From the NCBI GenBank assembly GCA_964291625.2, contig OZ220089.1, forward strand, positions 288,001-352,000: a stretch of DNA of 64,000 nucleotides. Direction: 5' to 3'. Source of the DNA: Candidatus Latescibacterota bacterium. GTDB lineage: Bacteria > Latescibacterota > UBA2968 > UBA8231. Numbering within the stretch: the stretch's first letter is position 1; each line of letters begins with the position of its first letter. The translations under genes and the position numbers were made by a program. Under the pieces are notes generated by a model. It had not been told where the DNA came from. It made no database searches and saw only the letters and a program-made list of their open reading frames with translations. Shown in pieces: positions 20,321 to 29,699 of the stretch.

Positions 20321-21850
20321 TCAGAACGGCGTCCAGTTGGGGTCCATGTCATCGTGGGGATCGTCGGTGACCCGCTCCTCGGCACCGCCCTCGACATCGA
20401 CGATGTAGATGTCGTAGCGGATATCCTGCTCCGACTGCCGCGCGAAGGCGATCCGGGTGCCGTCGGGGGACCACGTCGGGTTGCTGTCCCAGGTCTCGGC
20501 GAAGGTCAGCTGCCGGGCGCCGCTGCCGTCGGCGCCCATGACCCAGACGTGGCTGAAGTCCCTGGCCGTGTCCGCCTTGGTGTAGGCGATCCGTTCACCG
20601 TCCGGCGACCACGTCGGGCGCGTCCCCCCGAGGCCAGCCTGCGAGATGAGATGCAGGGATCCGCTGCCGAGCTCGAGGAGGTGGATTCCCCAGTCGGTCC
20701 CCATGGCGGAGACGCAGGCGATGGACGCGCCGTCGGGCGACCACGCCGGCGAGCCGGCCCAGGGGGCCAGGGGTTCGTACGTGAGCTGCTCCACGCCGCT
20801 GCCGTCGGCGTTCATGACGAAGATGTGGGGCACCCCGCCGTCGCGTTCCGACACGAAGGCGATGCGCCGCCCGTCGGGCGACCAGGCGGGACCCGAGTCG
20901 AACGCGTCGTGGCGGGTGAGGTTCACCGGATCGCCTCCGTCCGCGTCCATGACATAGATCTCCATGTCGCCGTCCCGGAAGGAGGCGAAGACCACCCTCG
21001 TCCCGTCGGGCGACCGGGCCGGCTCCTCGCTGGTCCGCGAGGCGTAGTGCCGTTCCAGCGAGTCGGGAACCGAGCCGTTGGAAAAGGGGACGGCGGCCAG
21101 GACCGAGCACAGGTTCACGACCTCGCCGGTCTCCAGGTCCAGGGAATGCACCTCGCGGCTGGACAGGTAGCCGCCCTCGAGCCGCCGATTCGAGGAGAAC
21201 AGGAGCACCGAGGCGCCCAGGGGAGGGGCCGGACCCTCCGGCGGGATCACCTCCACGCTGTCCTCCGCCTCCGGCACGGCGACCTCCACGGTCACGCCGC
21301 GCTCGCGGAAGGCGGCGGCCTGGGCCTGGGCCGCCTCGCTCAGCGGGTTGCCGGTGAGATCGACGCTCTGCAGGCTGTCCAGACCCGCCAGGGCCGACAC
21401 CTCCGTCACCTCGTTGTCGGCCAGGAGCAGCACCTGCAGGCTCCTCAGCGACTCCAGGGGCGTGACCTCCTCGACCCGGTTGCTCCCCAGGTCGAGGTAG
21501 CGCAGCCGCGTCAGCCCCGACAGCGGCGACAGATCGCGGATCTCGTTGCCGTACAGGTCCAGGGCCTCCAGTCGCGTCAGCTGCTCGATGCCGCCCAGGT
21601 CGGCGATCCCCCGCTCCTTGGCGGTCAGGGAGACCAGCCCGGCCGCGTCACCCGTCCCGGCCCCGACGGCGGCCTCCTCCACCGCCGCCTGCAGCGCCGA
21701 GTCCGCGAAGACCAGGGCGACGCCCGTGCCGCCCCCGGGGTCGGGGTCGGGCCCGATGGGGCCGTCCGGGTCCGAGCCGCAGCCGGCCAGGGCCAGGGCG
21801 GCCGCCAGGGCCGTGAGCTTCCGGGTCATCGTCGAGTGCGCTCCCGACAT
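20321..21850 (-). CDS. LRR + TolB-like PD40 propeller lipoprotein, copy C (intact)
   Basis: LALAGC lipobox. Internalin-like LRRs (LEALDLYGNEIRDLSPLSGLTRLRYLDLGSNRVEEV). Five (R/W)SPDG repeats. Ends PNWTPF. Confidence 0.9.
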   Translation of the reverse strand: MSGAHSTMTRKLTALAAALALAGCGSDPDGPIGPDPDPGGGTGVALVFADSALQAAVEEAAVGAGTGDAAGLVSLTAKERGIADLGGIEQLTRLEALDLYGNEIRDLSPLSGLTRLRYLDLGSNRVEEVTPLESLRSLQVLLLADNEVTEVSALAGLDSLQSVDLTGNPLSEAAQAQAAAFRERGVTVEVAVPEAEDSVEVIPPEGPAPPLGASVLLFSSNRRLEGGYLSSREVHSLDLETGEVVNLCSVLAAVPFSNGSVPDSLERHYASRTSEEPARSPDGTRVVFASFRDGDMEIYVMDADGGDPVNLTRHDAFDSGPAWSPDGRRIAFVSERDGGVPHIFVMNADGSGVEQLTYEPLAPWAGSPAWSPDGASIACVSAMGTDWGIHLLELGSGSLHLISQAGLGGTRPTWSPDGERIAYTKADTARDFSHVWVMGADGSGARQLTFAETWDSNPTWSPDGTRIAFARQSEQDIRYDIYIVDVEGGAEERVTDDPHDDMDPNWTPF

Positions 21851-21851
21851 C

Positions 21852-23381
21852 TCAGAACGGCGTCCAGTTGGGGTGCATGTCATCGTGCGGATCGTCGGTC
21901 ACCCGCTCCACGTCGCCGCCCTCCGCGGGGACGATGTAGATGTCGTAGCGGGTCTCCTGCTCCGTCTGCCGCGCGAAGGCGATGCGGCGGCCGTCGGGGG
22001 ACCACGTGGGGGTCCGGTCCCAGACCTCGGCAGAGGTCAGCTGCCTGGCGCCGCCGCCGTCGGCATCCATGACCCAGATGTGGCTGGAGTCGGTGGTCGT
22101 GTCGACGACGGTAAAGGCGATCCGGGCGCCGTCGGGCGACCACGACGACTCCCCGCCCTCCGGGGAGAGAAGGCGCATCACTCCGCTGGCCAAGTCCAGC
22201 ACGTAGATCCCTTGCACGCCTCCCTGGGACGAGAGACAGGCGATCGACGAGCCGTCGGGGGACCACGCGGGCCAGAAAACCCACGAGGCCTGGGGCTCGT
22301 CGGTGAGCTGCTCCACCCCGCCGCCGTCGGCGTCCATGACGAAGAGCTGGCCCAGCCGTCCTCCGTCGTTGCGGTTCGACACGAAGGCGATGCGCCCTCC
22401 GTCGGGCGACCAGGCCGGATACTGGTCATTCGCCGGGTGGCGCGTCAGGTTCACCGGGTCGCCGGCGGCGGCGTCCTGGACGTAGATCTCCTGGTCCCTG
22501 TCCCGGCGCGAGGTGAAGGCCACCCGGGTGCCGTCCGGCGACCGGGCCGGTTCCTCGCTGCTTCGCGGGTGGTAGGCGGTCAGGGAGTCGGGCACGGTGC
22601 CGTCGGCCAGGGGGAGAACGGCCAGGGCCGGGGACAGGTTGACCACCTCGCCGGTCTCCAGGTCCAGGGAGTGGACCTCGAGGCCGGAAAGGTAGGAACC
22701 CTTCGTGCGCCGGTTGGAGGAGAACAACAACTGCGAACCGCGCAGAGCACGGCCAGGCTCCCCGGGTGGTTCCTCGGGCGGGACCACCTCGACGCTGTCC
22801 TCCGGCTCCGGCTCCGGCGCGGTCAGCTCCACGGTCACGCCGCGCTCGCGCAGGGCGGCGGCCTGGACCCGGGCCGCCTCGCTCAGCGGGTTGCCCGTGA
22901 GATCCAGGCTCTGGAGGCTGTCCAGACCGGCGAGGGCGGAGATCTCCGTCACCCCGTTGTCGGCCAGCAGCAGCACCCGCAGGCCCTTCAGCGACTCCAG
23001 GGGCGAGACCTCCTCGACCCGGTTGCTCCCCAGGTCGAGGTAGCGCAGCCGCGTCAGCCCCGACAGCGGCGACAGGTCGCGGATCTCGTTGCCGTACAGG
23101 TCCAGGGCCTCCAGCCGGGTCAGCTGCTCGATGCCGTCCAGGTTCGCGATCCCCCGCTCCTTGGCCGTCAGGGTGACCAGCCCGGCCGCGTCGATGGTCC
23201 CGGCCGCGACCTCGGCTTCGTCCACGGCCGCCTGCAGCGCCGAGTCCGCGAAGACCAGGGCGGCGCCCGCGCCACTCCCCGGGTCGGGATCGGGCCCGAT
23301 GGGCGGGTCCGGCTCCGAGCCGCAGCCGGCCAGGGCGCACAGGACCAGGGCTCGCGTTGATGCCGCCGTCATGGACCTCAT
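21852..23381 (-). CDS. LRR + TolB-like PD40 propeller lipoprotein, copy B (intact)
   Basis: C-terminal part of the track's 2441-aa ORF, starting MRSMTAASTRALVLCALAGC. ATG overlaps the upstream TGA. Same architecture as copy C. Confidence 0.88.
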   Translation of the reverse strand: MRSMTAASTRALVLCALAGCGSEPDPPIGPDPDPGSGAGAALVFADSALQAAVDEAEVAAGTIDAAGLVTLTAKERGIANLDGIEQLTRLEALDLYGNEIRDLSPLSGLTRLRYLDLGSNRVEEVSPLESLKGLRVLLLADNGVTEISALAGLDSLQSLDLTGNPLSEAARVQAAALRERGVTVELTAPEPEPEDSVEVVPPEEPPGEPGRALRGSQLLFSSNRRTKGSYLSGLEVHSLDLETGEVVNLSPALAVLPLADGTVPDSLTAYHPRSSEEPARSPDGTRVAFTSRRDRDQEIYVQDAAAGDPVNLTRHPANDQYPAWSPDGGRIAFVSNRNDGGRLGQLFVMDADGGGVEQLTDEPQASWVFWPAWSPDGSSIACLSSQGGVQGIYVLDLASGVMRLLSPEGGESSWSPDGARIAFTVVDTTTDSSHIWVMDADGGGARQLTSAEVWDRTPTWSPDGRRIAFARQTEQETRYDIYIVPAEGGDVERVTDDPHDDMHPNWTPF

Positions 23382-24914
23382 CAGAAGGGCGCCCAGCACG
23401 GGTCCCTGTCGACGCCCGGATCGTCGGTGAGCTGCTCGCCGGCGCCCCCCTCCGCGGGGATGACGTAGAGGTCGTAGGCAATCCCTTCCGCCCGGTCCTC
23501 CCGCGCCAGGACGATGCGGGCGCCGTCGGGAGACCACCTGGGGGGGCCGCGCCGGAAGAACCGCCCCACGGTCAGCTGGCGGGCCTCCCCGCCCCGGGCG
23601 GGGATCTTCCACACCTGGCTCCTCGAATTCGACGGTCTCCACGTAGGCGATCCAGCGGCCGTCCGGGGACCACGATGGCCCCCACGCCAGTCCGTCGTCG
23701 TCGGTGAGGAGCCGGGCCTCCCGGCTGGACAGGTCCAGGACGAAGATCCCTGAAAAGCCGTGGCCGTCGTACTTGTTGAAGGCGATCGACGAGCCGTCCG
23801 GCGACCACGCCGGATGCTCGGCGCTTTGGCTCAGGGGATCTGAGGTCACCTGCTCCACGCCGCTGCCGGCGGCGTCCATGACGAAGATGTCGGTGTTGTT
23901 GCGCCAGGGCCGGATCTCGACGTCGCCGTTGCGGTCGGAGACGAAGGCGATGCGCTCCCCGTCGGGCGACCAGGCGGGATTCGCGTCATAGGCCTGGTGA
24001 AGGGTGAGGTTCTCCGGCCGGCCGCCGTCGGCGTCCATGGCGTAGATCTCGTAGTTGCCGAAGTCCCGATACGAGGTGAAGGCGATCCTTCTCCCGTCGG
24101 GGGACTGGGCCGGCTCCACCCCGTGGCGCGGCGGCGGCCGCCCGCTGGAATCGTCCCCGGACAGGGGCGCCTCGGCCAGGGCTTCCGCCAAGTTGACGAC
24201 CTCGCCAGTCCCCGAGTCCAGGGAATGCACCTCGAGGTCCCAGTCGTCCCCGGTCCGGCGGCTCGAGACGAAGACGATCGGCAGCTCCCCCAGGACGACC
24301 CCGCCCCCGCCCGGATCCTCCGGCTCCTCGGGCTCCGTGATGTCCACGGTCACGCCCCGTTCCCGCAGCGCCGGCACCTGGGCGTCGACGGCGTCCCCGG
24401 TCAACGGGTTGCCCGTGAGGTCGACGCTGTTCAGGCTGTCGAGACCCGCCAGGGCGGAGATCTCCCTCACCTCGTTGTCGGCCAGCACCAGCACCTGAAG
24501 GCTCTTCAGCGACGCCAGGGGGGTCACCTCCTCCACCCGGTTGTTCCCGAGGTCGAGGTAGCGCAACCGTTTGAGCCCCGCCAGCGGCGACAGGTCCAGG
24601 ATCTCGTTGCCGTACAGGTCCAGGGCCTCCAGTCGCTCCAGCTGCCCGATGGCGCCCAGGTCGGCGATACCCCGCTCCCTGGCGTTCAGGGAGACCAGCT
24701 CCTCCGCGCTTCCGGCAGCGGCCGCCGCGGCCTCTTCCACCGCCGCCTGCAGGGCCGAGTCGGCGAATACCAGGGCGACGCCGGTGGGGCCGACGGGATC
24801 GGGACCGGGACCGACGGCCGGGTCCGGCTCCGAGCCGCAGCCGGCCAGGACCCAGACGCAGACCGCCATCCGGGGGGTGGTCTCCACGATCCTCCGCAAG
24901 GTCGGAAAGTCCAT
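23381..24914 (-). pseudogene. LRR + TolB-like PD40 propeller lipoprotein, copy A, frameshifted near 23620
   Basis: MDFPTLRR.../MAVCVWVLAGC, then LRRs and WSPDG repeats up to YVETVEFE. The last blades (SQVWKIPARGGEARQLT...WSPDG...PCWAPF) are in another frame (track ORF 23381..23614). Confidence 0.78.
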
Positions 24915-24953
24915 GATTATTAAGGGGTTATGGACAATTGTGGACTTAGTCAA
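24915..24953 (-). promoter_or_regulatory. Putative promoter/operator for the 24914->7206 operon
   Basis: AT-rich island in GC-rich DNA. On the minus strand TTGACT (24953-24948) is followed by TAACCC/TAATAAT. A direct repeat TT(A/G)TGGAC sits at 24928-24935 and 24938-24945 (10-bp period). Confidence 0.5.
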
Positions 24954-27037
24954 GCGTCTTCGCAGCAGAAGACGCCCACGGACCAGGGCTCGATCCGAAC
25001 CTCGAAGGCCCCATCCTCGACCGCCACTTCGCCGCCCGTGAGCAGGTCCTCCGCGCTCCGGATTGGCCCGGGGCGCAACCTCGCCTTTGCGGAGGACCGC
25101 TCGAGGTTGAAGGCGAAGACCAGCCGCCCGCCGCGCCGGGACCTGCGGAGGGTGGTGACCAGGGGGTCGCCGGCCACCGCCACGGGCGGCTCGATGCCGG
25201 CCTCCTCCACGAGGCCGAGGACCAGCGGCGGATGGCCGACATCCCCGAATCCCGCCGACAGGGTCAGGCCGTACCAGGTGAAGCGTCCGTCGCCGCTGCG
25301 CACGGCCACCACCTGGCTGCCGAGCCGGGCGATCGCGGTGGTGTCCCCTTGCGGCTCGAGCACGGCGTACCCGCAGGGGGACGAGACGGCCACCGACCCG
25401 TACGGTGTCCGCAACCGGTTCTCCCCTCTCCGGATGTCGTGGGGCGTCACCGCCGAGAAGTCCTCCACGCGGACGCCGAAGCGCTCGGCGAAACCCTCGG
25501 GAGGGGCCTCGCTCGACAGGCCGTCGGCCTGGTAGAGTCCGAAGCTGCCCTCGGCGACCAGCCGTGTCCCAGGACTCTCCTCCAGGGTCCGATGGATGCG
25601 GTCCCGTGCCTCTGCGCCCATGAGGGCGAGGTTGGGCAGGAAGAGGAGGCGGTAGCCCGACCAGTCCATGCGCGGCGACAGGATGTCGGCGGGGATGCCG
25701 TGACGCCAGAGGGTCCGGTAGACCCCCCGGAGATCGGCGTTGAAGCGCTCGGTCTCGCCGTTGAGGCCGAAGAGCTCCTGGGACTCCGGGTGGTAGACGA
25801 TGCCCACCTCCGCCCGGGGGCACCCGAGGGGCAGGTGGTCCTTCATCCTCTCGATGCCGTCCACGGCGGCGGCCACCGCTCGCAGACGCGCCGTGGGCCG
25901 TCCGTCGAGGGCGGCGAGGTTGTACCCGGGGGACTCGAAGCTGAGGTACTCGGGGCGGTACTGCCAGAACATGCATCCCGCGGCGCCGCCGGCGAGGGTC
26001 ATCCACAACAGGGTGGTCAACTCGCGCGGATCGGACTGCTTCTTCCAGGTCACCCCGCCGCGAGACATGCCGGCGTAGATCTCCTCGTTCCACCAGCGGC
26101 CGTTCACGCCCTGGCTGCGCGAGAGATCGAAGCTGAAGGCCCGATCGGCGAGCGGGTACGGGTCCTCCGAGGTGAGCAGGTTGTTCGAGGACATGGACAT
26201 GCCCCAGCTGTCCACGTGTCGGGCGCACTCGTCGTCCCAGGGGCGCGGCGTGGAGGCGGCGTGGGCCCGGAGCTCGTGGAGGGGGTCGATCCTCCGGGCC
26301 TCGGCCACCATCCATCGCAGGTGGTCCACGAGGTTCAGGCGGTGGAAGCGCAGGTAGAGCAGCATCTCCACCACGTTGTGGTTCGACCGCGGCGGCTCCA
26401 CGTCCTCCCAGTCCCGGTAGCGGCGCAGGAGCCGGACGTTCAGTTCCTCGAGGGTGAAGCGCTCGCGCAGCCAGGCCTTGTAACGAGCCCGGGTATGGCC
26501 GCAGTAGCAGGGCAGGCCGTCCCCGTGACGGGGCCAGGACGGGCTCACGCCGTCCCAGAGCCCCCACACCAGAAGGTTGGGCCGGTCCTTGTAGCGGGCG
26601 ACCACGTGCCGAAGGAGAGCTCCGCCGCGCTCGCGCCAGGCCGGGTGGTCGCAGCAGTGGACCATCGCCCCCTGGGGTGTGGCGGGGCTCGCGTCTCCCA
26701 GGCTCGGCTCGCCCCGGTGGCTGACGGTCCTCATGTCCGGGTGCTCCCGGAGCAGCCACTCGGGACAGGCGCCGTGAGTGGCGAGAGTGATGTCCATCCA
26801 CACCCAGAGACCGTGCTTCGCCGCCAGATCGAAGAGCCGGTCGAAGTCGTCGAGCTGGTAGACGCCCGGAGCCGGCTCCATCCAGTTCCAGTAGCTGAAG
26901 CTGCGCACGACCCGGAGACCGGCCTGCCGGATCCGCGCGAAATCCCCGTCCCACAGACCGGTCCCCGGGACCGGCGCACGGTAGTACTCCACTCCCACGG
27001 GGAAGGGTGTGTCCGGATGGAGCCTGAATGCGGGCAT
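24950..27037 (-). CDS. GH42-like beta-galactosidase family glycoside hydrolase
   Basis: N-terminal GVEYY...W..DF..I..AGLRVVR.FSYWNWMEPAPGVYQLDDFDRLFDLA, PEWLLREHPD, CYC..T...YKAWLRERF, FWQYRP, and a C-terminal trimerisation-like domain. Confidence 0.8.
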   Translation of the reverse strand: MPAFRLHPDTPFPVGVEYYRAPVPGTGLWDGDFARIRQAGLRVVRSFSYWNWMEPAPGVYQLDDFDRLFDLAAKHGLWVWMDITLATHGACPEWLLREHPDMRTVSHRGEPSLGDASPATPQGAMVHCCDHPAWRERGGALLRHVVARYKDRPNLLVWGLWDGVSPSWPRHGDGLPCYCGHTRARYKAWLRERFTLEELNVRLLRRYRDWEDVEPPRSNHNVVEMLLYLRFHRLNLVDHLRWMVAEARRIDPLHELRAHAASTPRPWDDECARHVDSWGMSMSSNNLLTSEDPYPLADRAFSFDLSRSQGVNGRWWNEEIYAGMSRGGVTWKKQSDPRELTTLLWMTLAGGAAGCMFWQYRPEYLSFESPGYNLAALDGRPTARLRAVAAAVDGIERMKDHLPLGCPRAEVGIVYHPESQELFGLNGETERFNADLRGVYRTLWRHGIPADILSPRMDWSGYRLLFLPNLALMGAEARDRIHRTLEESPGTRLVAEGSFGLYQADGLSSEAPPEGFAERFGVRVEDFSAVTPHDIRRGENRLRTPYGSVAVSSPCGYAVLEPQGDTTAIARLGSQVVAVRSGDGRFTWYGLTLSAGFGDVGHPPLVLGLVEEAGIEPPVAVAGDPLVTTLRRSRRGGRLVFAFNLERSSAKARLRPGPIRSAEDLLTGGEVAVEDGAFEVRIEPWSVGVFCCEDA

Positions 27038-27098
27038 TGAGGAAACCTCCCGGCGCCACTAAGCTCTTTCGCCCACCTTGGAGAAACGCGGCTCGTCG

Positions 27099-28925
27099 AT
27101 GAACATCCTGGGGATCTCCGCCTACTACCACGACAGCGCCGCCTGCCTCGTGCGGGACGGCGAGATCGTGGCCGCGGCCCAGGAGGAGCGCTTCACCCGC
27201 AGGAAGCACGACCACGAGTTCCCGGCCAAGGCCGTCGACTTCTGCCTCGACTACGGCGGCCTCGATCCCGGAAACCTCGATCTGGTCGCCTTCTACGACA
27301 AACCGCTCCTCAAGTTCGACCGCCTCCTCGAGACCTGGATCAGCTTCGCCCCGAGGGGCTTCAAGCTCTTTCTCATGGGCATGCCCTTGTGGTTGAGGCA
27401 GAAGCTGCACACCCCCCGGGAACTCGACCGCGGCCTGCGCGGCGGCTACGGAGGGCGCTACCTCTTCCCCTCCCACCACGAGTCGCACGCGGCCAGCGCC
27501 TTCTACCCCTCCCCCTTCCAGGAGGCCGCCATCGTCACCCTGGACGGCGTCGGCGAGTGGGCCACGGGAACCATCGCCAGGGGCCGGGACCACGAGATCG
27601 AGATGCTCAGGGAGATGCGCTTCCCCCACTCCCTCGGCCTGCTCTACTCGGCCTTCACCTACTTCACCGGTTTCCGGGTCAACAGCGGCGAGTACAAGCT
27701 CATGGGCCTGGCGCCGTACGGCGAGCCCGTCTACCGCGACCTCATCGTCGAGGAGATGCTCGACATCAAGGAGGACGGCTCCTTCCGCATGGACATGTCC
27801 TACTTCGGGTTCTGCCATACCGATGTCATGACCACGCCGAAGATGGACCGGCTCTTCGGAGGGCCGCCGCGGCAGCCGGAGGGCGAGATCACCCGGCGCG
27901 AGATGGACCTGGCCGCCTCGATCCAGGCGGTGACCGAGGAGATCGTGCTGAAGATCGCGGGCCACGCCCACGAGCTGACGGGCGCCCGCCACCTGGTGAT
28001 GGCCGGCGGCGTCGCCCTCAACTGCGTCGCCAACGGCCGCCTGCTGCGCGAGGGACCCTTCGAGGACCTGTGGGTCCAGCCCGCCGCCGGAGACGCGGGG
28101 GGCGCCCTCGGAGCGGCCCTGTTCACCTGGCACCAGCTCCTGGGCAACCCCCGAAGGGCGGCGCCCCGGGACAGTCAGGGAGGGTCCCTGCTCGGCCCCC
28201 GCTTCGACGACGACGAGATCCGCCGGGACCTGGACGCGGCCGGAGCAGTGTACCGTCGCTGCGAGGAAGAGACCGAGCTGATCGACCGCATCGCGGAGCT
28301 GGTGGCGCAGGAGAAGGTGGTGGGGCACTTTGCCGGCCGCGCCGAGTTCGGTCCGCGGGCCCTCGGCAGCCGCTCCATCCTCGGCGACGCGCGCTCCGCC
28401 GAGATGCAGTCGGTGATGAACCTCAAGATCAAGTTCCGCGAGTCCTTCCGGCCCTTCGCCCCCGCCGTCCTGCGCGAGGACGTGGGCGAGTTCTTCGAGA
28501 TGCCGCCCGGGTACGACAGTCCCTACATGCTCGTCGTGGCGCCGGTCCGGGAGGAGCATCGGCTGCCTTCCGGCTCGACTCCCGGGGGGCTGGAACAGCG
28601 CCACGAGAGGCGCTCCACGGTCCCGGCCATCACCCACGTCGACTACTCCGCCCGCGTGCAGACCGTCGACGCCGGCCACCACCCCCGGTTCCGCAGGATC
28701 GTCGAGCGCTTCAAGGAGCGGACGGGAACCCCGGTCCTGATCAACACCAGCTTCAACGTCCGCGGCGAGCCGATGGTGAACACCCCCGCCGACGCCTACC
28801 GCTGCTTCATGGCCACCGGCATGGACGCCCTGGTGCTGGAGAGCTGCCTCCTTCTGAAGGAGGACCAGCCCGAGGCCCGGGCCTTCGACGCCTCGGCGTA
28901 CCTCTCCGAGTTCGCCCTGGACTGA
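27099..28925 (+). CDS. NodU/CmcH-family O-carbamoyltransferase (SxtI-like)
   Basis: MNILGISAYYHDSAACL, AQEERFTRRKHD, HHESHAASAF, DGVGEW, GEYKLMGLAPYG, GGVALNC, EFGPRALG.RSI, KFRESFRPFAP, NTSFNVRGEP. Confidence 0.95.
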   Translation: MNILGISAYYHDSAACLVRDGEIVAAAQEERFTRRKHDHEFPAKAVDFCLDYGGLDPGNLDLVAFYDKPLLKFDRLLETWISFAPRGFKLFLMGMPLWLRQKLHTPRELDRGLRGGYGGRYLFPSHHESHAASAFYPSPFQEAAIVTLDGVGEWATGTIARGRDHEIEMLREMRFPHSLGLLYSAFTYFTGFRVNSGEYKLMGLAPYGEPVYRDLIVEEMLDIKEDGSFRMDMSYFGFCHTDVMTTPKMDRLFGGPPRQPEGEITRREMDLAASIQAVTEEIVLKIAGHAHELTGARHLVMAGGVALNCVANGRLLREGPFEDLWVQPAAGDAGGALGAALFTWHQLLGNPRRAAPRDSQGGSLLGPRFDDDEIRRDLDAAGAVYRRCEEETELIDRIAELVAQEKVVGHFAGRAEFGPRALGSRSILGDARSAEMQSVMNLKIKFRESFRPFAPAVLREDVGEFFEMPPGYDSPYMLVVAPVREEHRLPSGSTPGGLEQRHERRSTVPAITHVDYSARVQTVDAGHHPRFRRIVERFKERTGTPVLINTSFNVRGEPMVNTPADAYRCFMATGMDALVLESCLLLKEDQPEARAFDASAYLSEFALD

Positions 28926-28941
28926 GGGAGACCACTGTCCC

Positions 28942-29379
28942 ATGCTCCGGATCGACCTCCGGCCCGACCGGAAGAAGCTGCGGCACTTCGGCTTCATCGC
29001 CCTCGGCGGCTTCGGGGCCCTGGCGGCCATGGCCTGGTTCGAGCGGCTGGTCTTCGCCTTCGGCCTGGGCGAGGCCCGTCCCATCGCCGCCGGGGTCCTG
29101 GCGGGGCTGGGACTCCTGTCGGCCCTTCTCTCCCTCGTCCACCCCAGGGCCAACCGTCCCTTGTACGTCGGCCTCACCCTGCTCGCCCTGCCGGTTGGCT
29201 ACCTGGTCTCCTACCTGACGATGGGCGCCCTGTTCTTCCTCCTCATCACCCCCCTGGGCCTGCTCTTCCGGATCATCGGGCGCGACCCCCTGCAGCGGCG
29301 GTTCCGAAGGGAGGCCGAGTCCTACTGGATCCCCCTGGGGCCGCGGCCACCCCGGGAGCGCTACTTCCGGCAGTTCTGA
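28942..29379 (+). CDS. SxtJ-family membrane protein
   Basis: LRHFG N-terminal motif, hydrophobic helices, FFLLITPLGLLFRIIGRDPL...SYW...YFRQF C-terminus. Directly follows the carbamoyltransferase. Confidence 0.85.
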   Translation: MLRIDLRPDRKKLRHFGFIALGGFGALAAMAWFERLVFAFGLGEARPIAAGVLAGLGLLSALLSLVHPRANRPLYVGLTLLALPVGYLVSYLTMGALFFLLITPLGLLFRIIGRDPLQRRFRREAESYWIPLGPRPPRERYFRQF

Positions 29380-29399
29380 CCGCAGAGACGGAGACCGAC

Positions 29400-29600
29400 G
29401 TGACAGACGATCCGCAAAGCGACGACCTCGCCGCCCAGGCCCGGCAGAAGCGCAGCGGCCTGGCCTCCGAGTTCCTCGCCTTTCTGAGGGACAACAAGAA
29501 GTGGTGGCTGGCGCCGATCCTGCTCACCATCGCCGGCCTCGGGCTGGTGGTCATGCTCAGCGGCACCGCCGCGGCGCCCTTCATCTACACCTTGTTCTGA
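29400..29600 (+). CDS. SxtK-like / DUF5989 small membrane protein
   Basis: EFLAFLRDNKKWWLAPI...AAPFIYTLF signature. Confidence 0.88.
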   Translation: MTDDPQSDDLAAQARQKRSGLASEFLAFLRDNKKWWLAPILLTIAGLGLVVMLSGTAAAPFIYTLF

Positions 29601-29631
29601 TCCCTTCGGCGGCGCCCGCCGGGGCCTGGCG

Positions 29632-29699
29632 GACAGACGGGTCCGACCCCGCGGAGGAGACCCGCCCTCGGGGCGGGCCCTCGCGGGAAGGTGTCTGTC
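29632..29699. terminator. Nested hairpin between convergent genes; possible bidirectional terminator
   Basis: Core CCCGCCC-tcg-GGGCGGG (29661-29677) flanked by CCCGCG/CGCGGG and GACAGAC/GTCTGTC. No U-tract. Confidence 0.4.

Larger units (their letters stand above)
18815..24914 (-). repeat. Tandem array of four paralogous units of about 1.5 kb
   Basis: Long near-identical nucleotide stretches in the LRR region (about 19960-20105, 21480-21625, 23020-23170). The junction CCGTTCTGAGATG recurs at about 18811, 20317 and 21848. Confidence 0.9.

Noticed and set aside
18815-24914. Diversity-generating retroelement or CRISPR explanation for the repeats
   Set aside because: No reverse transcriptase or cas genes in the window. 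The repeats are whole coding paralogs, differences do not look adenine-specific by eye, and there is no repeat-spacer periodicity.
21852-29177. 2441-aa minus-strand ORF
   Set aside because: It is a composite. It joins the antisense of the carbamoyltransferase, an off-frame reading of the GH42-like gene, copy A and, through the 23620 frameshift, copy B. It is not one protein.
27099-29600. Saxitoxin biosynthesis cluster
   Set aside because: Only sxtI/J/K-like genes are present; no sxtA, sxtG, sxtB or other core genes.
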